Assembly (NCBI GenBank): GCA_038214755.1
Contig: JBBQRQ010000048.1
Location: 1-37,742 of the forward strand
From: Verrucomicrobiota bacterium
GTDB taxonomy: Bacteria > Verrucomicrobiota > Verrucomicrobiia > Limisphaerales > CANJXF01
Length of the DNA stretch: 37,742 nt
Reading direction: 5' to 3'
Part shown: positions 1-8,089 of the stretch, piece after piece
Position numbering within the stretch: the stretch's first letter is position 1
Layout of the letters: each line of letters opens with the position of its first letter
Made by a program: the position numbers and the translations under genes
The notes under the pieces: generated by a model
What the model was told of the DNA's origin: nothing
What the model saw: the letters and a program-made list of their open reading frames with translations, nothing else
The model's database searches: none

Positions 1-53
1 ATGTTGTAGTAGGGTGGGGCGATGGACGGCGGAGCAAGGGCGTTGGTTATCAT
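1..53 (-). CDS. 5' fragment of an ORF running off the window (MITNALAPPSIAPPYYN...), possible transposase/recombinase
   Basis: ATG at 53-51 with an SD-like AGGTGA 9 nt upstream. The same start is present in the right copy (ATG 37720). Product not identifiable from 17 codons. Confidence 0.35.
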   Translation of the reverse strand, partial: MITNALAPPSIAPPYYN

Positions 54-279
54 ACCCCTGTTTCACCTGAAGTGAGACGCCGCTGTCCATTACTTTAATT
101 TTTTCGCGGGAATTTTTCGCGCTCCGGCCCCTTGGCCGCCCGTCCCCCCGGGGCGGCCCAGGGGCCGGGATCCTCGCAACCAACAGCGCAAACGGTTCCA
201 TGTTTTCTGAGAGATACATTGAATTTTCCTCAGCCGGTAAACCGCCTGAGAGGGGTCACGATGTACCGGGGCTGTTCCG
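31..279 (-). mobile_element. Left copy of a ~250-bp structured repeat, probable non-coding end of an IS-like element (continues to position 1)
   Basis: Reverse complement of 37495-37742, apart from roughly a dozen differences clustered in and around a GC-rich hairpin. Sharp boundary at CGGAACAGCCCC. Interrupts the ORF at 256-453. Confidence 0.7.
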
Positions 280-453
280 CGCCTTCTCCCATGAGCCGGT
301 CAGAATTGTTGCACGGCTTGTCTGCAAAAGATTCGTCCAACTCATATTAGTGGGTTTCTGAGAAATCTTTGTATCTTGATTGCAACCAGCAAGTATTAAG
401 AAGCTGAGATAGAAAATCATCAATAACGCGAACAAACGCTTGCTCCTGCTCAT
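256..453 (-). pseudogene. Lipoprotein gene 5' remnant truncated by the terminal repeat
   Basis: Signal peptide with lipobox LAGC. AT-rich. The frame runs into the repeat at 279 and stops about 7 codons later. Confidence 0.5.
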
Positions 454-565
454 AACTACTAAATGGATTCCTGCGCCAGTACTGAAGAACGTCCGCGCTG
501 CTCTTTCTCGAGGCGCAACAATCCCGGAAAAAATCCCAGGACGCTGGCCAAAACTTTCATGCGAA

Positions 566-973
566 TTATTTATTCGTGGCAGCGGGCAGGCTCGCCGAGG
601 GAACGATCTGATTCGTCAACAACATGGGCGTTTCAGTCGGTCGGGACGGCGGCACCGCGGCGGGAGTGACCGGCTTGGCCGCAGATTGCTTTTTCAATTC
701 TTCCTCCAGAGCGCTGCCCCCAGGCCGCGCGGTGTGCGACATGAGCAGGGACAAACTCAACGCGAGAAGGAAAAATCCCGCCGCGACATATTTGGTAATT
801 TTTGTCAAGGCATTGCCCGAACCCGCGCCGAACAACGCATCGGTCGCCGCGCCGCCAAAGGCCATCCCGGCACCCGCTTCTTTTTTCGGCAACTGCACCA
901 GCACCAGTAAAATTAAAAGCACACAATCCAGAATCATCAGCGCGGTCAAAACTCCAATTAACAATGTCATCAT
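566..973 (-). CDS. secG: Preprotein translocase subunit SecG
   Basis: Two TM segments, LVLVQLPKKEAGAGMAFGG...LFG...GNALTKIT. Canonical position downstream of tpiA. Confidence 0.92.
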   Translation of the reverse strand: MMTLLIGVLTALMILDCVLLILLVLVQLPKKEAGAGMAFGGAATDALFGAGSGNALTKITKYVAAGFFLLALSLSLLMSHTARPGGSALEEELKKQSAAKPVTPAAVPPSRPTETPMLLTNQIVPSASLPAATNK

Positions 974-988
974 AACTTTTTTTCTATT

Positions 989-1056
989 GTAGCGGCGCGT
1001 CTATGACCGCCGCTGTTTTCGCCTTCAAAGTGCGGCGCTCACAGAGTCGCCGCTAC
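989..1056. repeat. REP-like inverted doublet (GTAG foot)
   Basis: GTAGCGGCGCGTCTATGACCGCCG ... CGGCGCTCACAGAGTCGCCGCTAC between tpiA and secG. Confidence 0.75.
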
Positions 1057-1061
1057 GAGAC

Positions 1062-1826
1062 TTAAATCGAGTTTTTAATTATGTCGGAAAAACTGCGGTC
1101 ATCCAGCGACGCTCCGCCCACCAGCGCGCCATCCACATCCGGCTGCGACATTAGTTCGCGCGCGTTGGATGCCTTGACACTGCCACCATATTGAATGCGG
1201 ACTCTCCTCGCAACTGCCTCATCGAACATCGCGGCCAAAGTTTCCCGAATGAACGCGTGAGCGTCCTGCGCCTGCGCGGTCGTCGCGGTCTTCCCGGTCC
1301 CAATGGCCCAGACCGGTTCGTAGGCGATGATGGTTTCTTCCATTTGCGTTTTGCTCAACCCTGTCAAACTTCCTTTTAACTGTGCCCCGACAATTTTTTC
1401 TGTCTCGCCGGCTTCCCGTTGCCCGAGAGTTTCACCCACACAAACAATCGGTTTCAATGACGCGGCGTGCGCGGCCAAAGTTTTCTTGGAAATCAATTGA
1501 TCATTTTCATTTTGATATTGGCGACGTTCGGAGTGGCCGAGAATCACGTAACGAACAGAAAATTCTTTCAACATGCCCGCTGCGATTTCCCCCGTGAACG
1601 CGCCGAAATTATTTTCGCTCATGTTTTGCGCGCCAAGACGGAGGTTGGAATCCAGAATATTTTTTGAAACTTCCTGCAACGCGGTGAAAGGGGGACAGAC
1701 CACGATATCCAACTCCTTCACATGGGCGAGTTCGATCTTCAATCCATGCACCAAAGTCAGCGCTTCGGCGACGGTTTTGTTCATCTTCCAATTTCCCGCG
1801 ATAATTAGTTTTCGTTCTTTGTCCAT
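1062..1826 (-). CDS. tpiA: Triose-phosphate isomerase
   Basis: AGNWKMN, GHSERR, AYEPVWAIGTG, YGGSV and LVGGASL motifs. Confidence 0.99.
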   Translation of the reverse strand: MDKERKLIIAGNWKMNKTVAEALTLVHGLKIELAHVKELDIVVCPPFTALQEVSKNILDSNLRLGAQNMSENNFGAFTGEIAAGMLKEFSVRYVILGHSERRQYQNENDQLISKKTLAAHAASLKPIVCVGETLGQREAGETEKIVGAQLKGSLTGLSKTQMEETIIAYEPVWAIGTGKTATTAQAQDAHAFIRETLAAMFDEAVARRVRIQYGGSVKASNARELMSQPDVDGALVGGASLDDRSFSDIIKNSI

Positions 1827-1835
1827 TTATTTTTT

Positions 1836-1914
1836 AATCACGGAGGCACACAGAAAAACATAAAAACATTTTTCAATCAGCCTTAAATCTCTGTGCCTCT
1901 GTGTTTCCGTGGTT
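1836..1914. repeat. Inverted 9-mer-type array (CACGGAGGC / CTCTGTG arms)
   Basis: AATCACGGAGGCACACAGA ... CTCTGTGCCTCTGTGTTTCCGTGGTT; same family as 12292-12364. Confidence 0.7.
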
Positions 1915-1917
1915 AAT

Positions 1918-3174
1918 TTATTTCTCTGATAACGCCGCCACGCCGGGCAAAACTTGTCCTTCCAAAAACTCCAGGCTCGCTCCGCCGCCGGTGCTCATAA
2001 AAGTCACTTGGTCGCCGAGGCCGGATTGATTCAATGCTTTCACGCTGTCGCCGCCGCCGATGATGCTTTTCGCGCCGTTTTTTTGCGTTGCTTCGACGAC
2101 GGCTTTTGCGACGGCCAAAGTTCCTTCAGCGAAGCGCGCGTCCTCGAACATTCCCATCGGGCCATTCCAAAAAATCGTTTTCGCAGAGCGAATTACCTCG
2201 CAATATTTTTTCGCGGTTTCCGGGCCGATGTCGAAACCTTCAGCGTCATCGGGAATGTTCGGCTGCGAATTCAATCGCGGATTTTGAAACTCAAAAAGGG
2301 GTTTGCCTTTTTTGTTCAGCTTTCCGGTTTCAACGGGCGTCGCGATGATGTTGTCAGTCGGAATCAGAAATTGCACTCCGCGTTGTTTCGCTTTTGCAAC
2401 AGCGGCTTGGGCGACTTCAACTTTATCTTTTTCCACGAGTGATTTTCCCGTTTTTAAACCGTTGGCCAGCTTAAAAGTGTAAGCCATCGCGCCGCCGATC
2501 AGAATCGTGTCGGCCTTTTCCAACAACGCGTCAATGACGTTGATTTTGTCCGAAACTTTCGCGCCGCCGAGAATTACGACAAAGGGCTTCACGGGATTCT
2601 TCAACTCGTCGCCGAGAAATTTTAATTCGCGTTGCATCAATAAACCCGCCGCGCATTTCCCGCCGCGTTTGGAAATTACGCGCGCCACACCTTCCGTCGA
2701 AGCATGAGCGCGGTGCGCCGCGCCGAAAGCGTCGTTGACGTATAGGTCGGCGAGCTTCGCGAGATCTTCGGAAAAAATTGCGCAATTGATTTCTTCCTTG
2801 TCGTGGTAGCGCACATTTTCCAGCAAAAGAACCTCGCCGGATTTCAATTGAGCCACGGCTTTTTCCGCCGGTTCGCCGATGCAATCTTCCGCGAAATAAA
2901 CTTTGCGCCCAATCATCTCGGACAGTTTTTCCGCCGCGGGCTGGAGTGAAAGAGACGGTTCGCGTTTTCCTTTGGGCCGGCCGAGATGCGCCAGTAAAAT
3001 AATTTTTGCATTTTGCCGGAGGAGCAATTGGATCGTGGGCAAAGTTGCTTTGATACGCGTGTCATCGTTGATGACCATTTTGCCATCGCGCTCTTCCATC
3101 GGCACATTGAAATCGACGCGGACGAGCACGCGTTGTCCGCGAGTGTTCAAATCATTGAGAGTGAGCTTGGGCAT
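1918..3174 (-). CDS. pgk: Phosphoglycerate kinase
   Basis: [42 protein letters not shown] and STGGGASLE motifs. Confidence 0.99.
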   Translation of the reverse strand: MPKLTLNDLNTRGQRVLVRVDFNVPMEERDGKMVINDDTRIKATLPTIQLLLRQNAKIILLAHLGRPKGKREPSLSLQPAAEKLSEMIGRKVYFAEDCIGEPAEKAVAQLKSGEVLLLENVRYHDKEEINCAIFSEDLAKLADLYVNDAFGAAHRAHASTEGVARVISKRGGKCAAGLLMQRELKFLGDELKNPVKPFVVILGGAKVSDKINVIDALLEKADTILIGGAMAYTFKLANGLKTGKSLVEKDKVEVAQAAVAKAKQRGVQFLIPTDNIIATPVETGKLNKKGKPLFEFQNPRLNSQPNIPDDAEGFDIGPETAKKYCEVIRSAKTIFWNGPMGMFEDARFAEGTLAVAKAVVEATQKNGAKSIIGGGDSVKALNQSGLGDQVTFMSTGGGASLEFLEGQVLPGVAALSEK

Positions 3175-3247
3175 AATGCAAACCGGGCGCAGAAGATAGC
3201 GAAGCGAATTATCGAGTCAAAGTTAAAGCACTTTCCCCAACTGATTT

Positions 3248-3555
3248 GGGCGCATCTTGAGGGCGTGTTGCCCAAATGAAAAGGAGCGCGGACGTTCTCG
3301 TCCGCGTGTTTCAAAACGGACAAAACCCTTGTGCTTTCGTCCCTCACGATCCACGCGGACGAAGAACGTCCGCGCTCCTACTGGTTTGGGCAACACGCCC
3401 GTGACACTACCACCAAAGTAGTGGGGCAGACATCTTATCTGCCTGCGGGGCTTCCAGCCCCAAGAGCAGGATTCGCGGGCAAGATGCCCGTTGGGCAGGC
3501 TGGAAGCCTGCCCCACTACATCGAATCGCTTTGGTGGTAGTATTAAGATGCGCTC
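3248..3555. repeat. Nested composite palindromic element
   Basis: Outer IR GGGCGCATCTT..ACTACCACCAAAG / CTTTGGTGGTAGTATTAAGATGCGCTC. Inner 16-bp IR at 3261-3276 / 3385-3400 encloses a GGAG doublet (3283-3378). Second doublet at 3418-3519. Confidence 0.85.
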
Positions 3556-3630
3556 GTTTTGGTTACCGCCTAAAATATTCTTTGTGCCTTTCCTCTCCGG
3601 TGTGGCTAACTGTCCGCTCGTTTTGAAATT

Positions 3631-3921
3631 ATGAACCCAACACTCGTTCTCTGGATCTACATCGCGTTTCTCGTTCTGGGGGGTCTCATCGGATTTTTGA
3701 AAGCCAAAAGCAAAATGTCGCTTATCATGTCGCTCGCGTTTGCCATTCCGCTGGCGCTTTGCGCCTTGAATATTTTGCAGATAAAATATCTACCGGAAAT
3801 TCTGATCGGATTTCTGCTGGTATTCTTCGGAATGCGGTTTGCCAAATCAAAAAAGTTTATGCCCGGCGGTTTCATGGCGATCCTGTCGGCGGCTGCTTTG
3901 ATTTTGTTGCTCTTCAAGTAG
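3631..3921 (+). CDS. TMEM14 family small membrane protein
   Basis: LGGLIGFLKAKSKMSLI and RFAKSKKFMPGG motifs; about 4 hydrophobic segments. Confidence 0.85.
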   Translation: MNPTLVLWIYIAFLVLGGLIGFLKAKSKMSLIMSLAFAIPLALCALNILQIKYLPEILIGFLLVFFGMRFAKSKKFMPGGFMAILSAAALILLLFK

Positions 3922-3933
3922 TTTGTCCTCGCG

Positions 3934-6777
3934 GTGCAAAAATCTCTTCCCATCTGGCAAATTCATTCCTCCATCATCGGAGAATTGAAATCAGGCAATC
4001 GTCTCGTGCTCGTCGCGCCCACAGGTTCAGGCAAGACCACGCAAGTACCGCAGATGATTTTGGACGCCGGAATCGTTGACGCCGAAAATGTAGGGCAGGC
4101 TTCCAGCCTGCCCAGCGAGCGCAGTCGCGCGGGGGACAGGCTGGAAGCCTGTCCTACGAAAAAAATCGTGGTCCTCCAACCACGCCGCGTCGCCGCCCGA
4201 ACGGTGGCAGCGCGTGTCGCGTGGGAACGCAATTCCAAACTTGGCTACGAAGTCGGTTATCAAATTCGTTTCGACGACCAGACGAGTCTCGGCACACGCA
4301 TTTGTTTTGTGACGGAAGGAATTCTCCTTCGCTGGTTGCAGGATGATCGAACGCTCGCAGACGTCGGCGCGATCTTGTTCGATGAATTTCACGAACGCAA
4401 TTTGTTCAGCGATGTTTCCCTCGCGCTGGTGAAGCAGATTCAACAGACACAACGTCCTGACTTAAAAATGGTCGTCATGTCGGCGACGCTCGACGCGGAG
4501 CCGGTGGCGAAATATTTGAGTAACGTAGAACAGGCGTCTCGCCTGTTCAGCCCAAATGAAGAACAGCGAGATGAATCCAAACGCGGAGGAACAGGCGAGA
4601 CGCCTGTTCTACTTTCGGAAGGACAAAGTTTTTCCGTGCAGGTCAACTATCTGGATTCGCAAGACGAACGACCTTTCACCGAGCAAGCCGCGGATGCCGT
4701 CGAGCGCATCGTTAATTCCGGCGATCCCGGCGACATTTTGGTTTTCATGCCCGGCATGGGTGAAATCAACGCGACGATCAACGCTGTTCGCGCCGCCAAG
4801 TTGAATGAGCGAGTTGCGTTAATTCCGTTGCACGGCGAATTGCAACCTGAAGCACAAGACCTCGCCTTCGAGCCAAATCCACTCCGAAAAATTGTTGTCG
4901 CGACGAATGTTGCTGAAACCAGCGTGACCATCGATGGCATTCGTCACGTCGTGGACAGCGGACAAGCGCGTGTCGCGCGTTACGATTCCGAGCGCGGCAT
5001 CGGCACGTTGTTCCTGGAAGAAATCAGCCGCGCTTCCGCTGAACAACGGAAAGGTCGCGCGGGCCGCACTGCGCCGGGAACATGTTATCGGCTCTGGACC
5101 GAGAGCGGCCAACTCAATCGTCCCGAACGAAACACGCCGGAAATCCAGCGCAGCGATTTGGCGGAAGTGGTTTTGCTTTTGCATTCGCTCGGCATCAAGC
5201 GCGCCGCGCAATTTGATTGGCTCGACAAACCGGATTTGCAGGCTGTCGAGCGCGCCGAAAAACTTTTGCAAACATTGGGCGCATTGCGCGGTTTCACGTC
5301 TTCACGTTTCACGATTCACGACTCTTCTGAAACGCAAAACGTGAAACGTGAAGCTTCCGATCTCACGCCAATTGGAAAACAAATGCTGCGCCTGCCCATG
5401 CATCCGCGTTATTCGCGCATGTTGATCGAAGCGTCGAAGCGCGGTTGCGTTCGCGCCGCCGCTCTGTGCGCGGCGCTGGTCAGCGGGCGGGATTTACTCC
5501 AGCGGGTTCGCCGCGATGAAAAACATATTTCCGAAGCCCGCGAACTTTTTGAAGCAAGCCAGGATTCTGATTTCTTCACCCTGATGCGCGCTTATCAATT
5601 CGCGAAGAAAAATTATTTCAGTCCCGACACTTGCCTCCGTTACGGAATCAATGCGCGAGCCGCGAAGCAAGTGGAGCAAACATTCGATCAAATTGCGCGC
5701 CTCGCGGAACAACAAGGTTTAGTCGAGGGCCGAGGGTCGGAAGTCCAGAGCGGAGAGTCGGCAGCCCCGTTTTCTCCGCCTGAAAACTCAACACTCAAAA
5801 CTCAGCACTCTCCTGACGATGCCCTGCTCCGCTGCATTCTTGCCGGATTTGTTGACCAGCTTTGCCTGAGGCGCGATTCGGGCACGCTCGACTGTGATCT
5901 GCTCGAAGAACGCACCGGAACTCTGATGCGCGAAAGTGTCGTGCAAAATTCCAAACTGTTTGTCGCCGCCAACATTCGCGAAGTTCCCGACCGCGGCGCG
6001 TCCCGCATGGGCGGGATCACGCTCCTCGGTCTTGCCAGCATGGTGAAACGCGAGTGGATCGAGGAAATGTTTCCCGAACAAATCACGACGCGAGTCGAAC
6101 ATCTTTTTGACCGCACCCACAAACGCGTCGCGGCGGTGAAGTTGATTCGCTTTCACGATCTCGTCATCCATCACGAGCATCAGCGCGACGCTGAACCGGG
6201 TGCTTCCGGTCGCTGTCTGGCCGAAGCGTATCGGAAAAATTATTTTGAATTACCGCTGCTCAATCACGAGGTGAAACAATTCATCGCGCGCGCCAATTTG
6301 CTCGAAGCCGTTTCGCCGGAACTGGCTTTCCCCGCGTTCGATGAAAATAAAATTGTTGCCACTCTCGCGAAAGCTTTCGATGGATTGACGCTGGTTAAAG
6401 AAGCGCAAGCCAGGCCGCTCAAAGAAATTTTTGTGTCACAGCTCGCGCCCGAACAACTCGAATGGCTGAACGAGTTCGCCCCGCTCGCTGTCTCGTGGCC
6501 AAACGAGAAAAAGTTGAAGCTGCTCTATCCTGAAGCACCGCGCGACGAAGACGGGGAACCGACTTCACCGGAGTTGCAAGTGAAGCTGCACGAATGTTTC
6601 GGGATGAAAAGGCACCCGCACATTTGCGATGAGAAATTGCCCATAAAAATCTGGCTTTGCACACCCGACGGCAAACGATTGGAAGCGACATTCAATTGGC
6701 CCGCATTCAAGGCGAATACCTATCCAAAATTAAAACCCGCGTTACAGAAAAAATTTTCTGGCGTGCTTTGGGTCTAG
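3934..6777 (+). CDS. hrpB: ATP-dependent DEAH-box helicase HrpB-like, with four in-frame repeat-derived insertions
   Basis: APTGSGKTT, QPRRVAAR, DEFHER, MSATL, ATNVAETSVTI and QRKGRAGR motifs; HrpB-type C-terminal layout. GTG start. Confidence 0.88.
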   Translation: MQKSLPIWQIHSSIIGELKSGNRLVLVAPTGSGKTTQVPQMILDAGIVDAENVGQASSLPSERSRAGDRLEACPTKKIVVLQPRRVAARTVAARVAWERNSKLGYEVGYQIRFDDQTSLGTRICFVTEGILLRWLQDDRTLADVGAILFDEFHERNLFSDVSLALVKQIQQTQRPDLKMVVMSATLDAEPVAKYLSNVEQASRLFSPNEEQRDESKRGGTGETPVLLSEGQSFSVQVNYLDSQDERPFTEQAADAVERIVNSGDPGDILVFMPGMGEINATINAVRAAKLNERVALIPLHGELQPEAQDLAFEPNPLRKIVVATNVAETSVTIDGIRHVVDSGQARVARYDSERGIGTLFLEEISRASAEQRKGRAGRTAPGTCYRLWTESGQLNRPERNTPEIQRSDLAEVVLLLHSLGIKRAAQFDWLDKPDLQAVERAEKLLQTLGALRGFTSSRFTIHDSSETQNVKREASDLTPIGKQMLRLPMHPRYSRMLIEASKRGCVRAAALCAALVSGRDLLQRVRRDEKHISEARELFEASQDSDFFTLMRAYQFAKKNYFSPDTCLRYGINARAAKQVEQTFDQIARLAEQQGLVEGRGSEVQSGESAAPFSPPENSTLKTQHSPDDALLRCILAGFVDQLCLRRDSGTLDCDLLEERTGTLMRESVVQNSKLFVAANIREVPDRGASRMGGITLLGLASMVKREWIEEMFPEQITTRVEHLFDRTHKRVAAVKLIRFHDLVIHHEHQRDAEPGASGRCLAEAYRKNYFELPLLNHEVKQFIARANLLEAVSPELAFPAFDENKIVATLAKAFDGLTLVKEAQARPLKEIFVSQLAPEQLEWLNEFAPLAVSWPNEKKLKLLYPEAPRDEDGEPTSPELQVKLHECFGMKRHPHICDEKLPIKIWLCTPDGKRLEATFNWPAFKANTYPKLKPALQKKFSGVLWV
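4090..4157. repeat. REP-like doublet inside hrpB
   Basis: GTAGGGCAGGCTTCCAGCCTGCCC ... GACAGGCTGGAAGCCTGTCCTAC. Confidence 0.9.
4525..4612. repeat. REP-like doublet inside hrpB
   Basis: Perfect 24-bp IR GTAGAACAGGCGTCTCGCCTGTTC / GAACAGGCGAGACGCCTGTTCTAC. Confidence 0.92.
5292..5352. repeat. Inverted heptamer array (TTTCACG)n / (CGTGAAA)n inside hrpB
   Basis: Four TTCACG units followed by AACGTGAAACGTGAA. Confidence 0.8.
5721..5810. repeat. Degenerate heptamer arrays inside hrpB
   Basis: AGTCGAG-like units at 5721-5761 and AAACTCA/ACACTCA units at 5784-5810. Confidence 0.65.
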
Positions 6778-7064
6778 AGAGTCTCTGAGTCAGTTTTGAA
6801 ACCCCTCAATTCAGGCAGGCAAAACGCGCTGCCCTACTTTGGCTGGACCGGAAAGCATCCTTTTATCTTCTGAATAGAATCCGGTTTAGCGCCATAAGTT
6901 TCCTAAACATTTTTGAAACAAAGCGCCTGGCTGCCGGGTTATGAAGCTGTAACGAAATGGTTTTCACTCAACACACGCAGTCTTATTTCAATCCGGTATG
7001 CAACAATTTTGCGTTCAAGGAAGTTTCGGCCCTAAGATGGCTTTCGAGCGATCGCGGCCAGACG

Positions 7065-7589
7065 ATGACAGACGCACAACAGTTCGAGGTGTTCATGCAG
7101 AATTACCAGAACATGGTGTTTAGCACGGCCATGCGTCTGCTGGCCAATCACGCCGAAGCGGAGGACGTCGCCCAGGAAGTTTTCCTGAAGGCCTACGAGC
7201 GCTTCGACCAATTGCGCGGCAGTCCCAGCGTGGGCGGCTGGCTCAAAACGGTCGCCACCAACCTCAGCTTGAATCATCTGTCGCGGTATCGTTCGCGCTG
7301 GACTTTTTTTTCGGAAATGTTCGGCCACGCGGATGAGGAGAATGAATTAGAAGTGGATTTCGCGGCGCCGGAAGATGCAAGCGCCCCGACCGGACGCCGT
7401 GAGGAAGTTGAACTGGCCTTACAAAAGTTGCACCCGGCGCAACGTGTGCCGCTGGTGCTCTACCATCTCGACGGACTGACCTACGAAGAAATCGCAGAAA
7501 AGCTCCGCGTCTCGCTCGGCAAGGTGAAGACGGATATTTTCCGAGGACGCGAAGCTTTGCGAAAAAAGTTACGGCTTGATCTCGAATAA
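7065..7589 (+). CDS. ECF-family RNA polymerase sigma factor
   Basis: Region 2 AEDVAQEVFLKAY...WLKTVATN and region 4 GLTYEEIAEKLRVSLGKVKTDIFRGR. Start uncertain (6957 is an alternative). Confidence 0.93.
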   Translation: MTDAQQFEVFMQNYQNMVFSTAMRLLANHAEAEDVAQEVFLKAYERFDQLRGSPSVGGWLKTVATNLSLNHLSRYRSRWTFFSEMFGHADEENELEVDFAAPEDASAPTGRREEVELALQKLHPAQRVPLVLYHLDGLTYEEIAEKLRVSLGKVKTDIFRGREALRKKLRLDLE

Positions 7590-7609
7590 AATCTTCTCAG
7601 ACGCGACAT

Positions 7610-8089
7610 ATGGAATCGGATCACAACAAGCGATTGGAAACAGCGATCACACGCGAACTGCAGAAGCTGCCGGCGCTAATAGCGCCCGACGCGTTGGTGT
7701 CGCGGGTCATGGCTGTGCTGGCAGAACGGGCGCTTCTTCCATGGTATCGCCGCTCCTGGCAGGCGTGGCCGGTCGCTTTGAAAATCGCGTCGCTTGCGGT
7801 GATGCTCGCGCTGTTTGGCGGACTCTGTTTCGCTGGTTGGAAATTCGCGCAGGCGCAAAGCCTGGCGGCGCAGATTCAAAAAATTGGCGAATGGTTTTCC
7901 GCGGCGGGCGTGGTTTGGAACACGTTGAGTGTGTTGGCCGGCGCGTTGGTATTATTCGTCAAACAACTCGGAGCAGCAATCCTCATCGCCTCTCTTCTCG
8001 TTGCGGTGTTCAGCTACGCCGCTTGTATTGGCCTCGGCACACTTTTCATTCGACACGCCTTCGTCGGGCGTCAGGAAAATCAATTATGA
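7610..8089 (+). CDS. Putative membrane anti-sigma factor
   Basis: Directly after the ECF sigma. Short cytoplasmic N-terminus (LQKLPALIAPDALVSRVM) followed by several TM segments. Confidence 0.65.
   Translation: MESDHNKRLETAITRELQKLPALIAPDALVSRVMAVLAERALLPWYRRSWQAWPVALKIASLAVMLALFGGLCFAGWKFAQAQSLAAQIQKIGEWFSAAGVVWNTLSVLAGALVLFVKQLGAAILIASLLVAVFSYAACIGLGTLFIRHAFVGRQENQL

Noticed and set aside
2270..2340. Extra loop in Pgk ([20 protein letters not shown]) as a repeat insertion
   Set aside because: No palindrome or tandem period is visible in the DNA; more likely a lineage-specific loop.
6915..6941. ECF autoregulatory promoter (GAAAC...GTTA)
   Set aside because: The match is short and the spacing and -10 are imperfect; not supportable without alignment.
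7576..8085. 689-aa ORF start at 7576
   Set aside because: It overlaps the anti-sigma gene in another frame. The signal peptide and ATGA coupling indicate a start at 8086.
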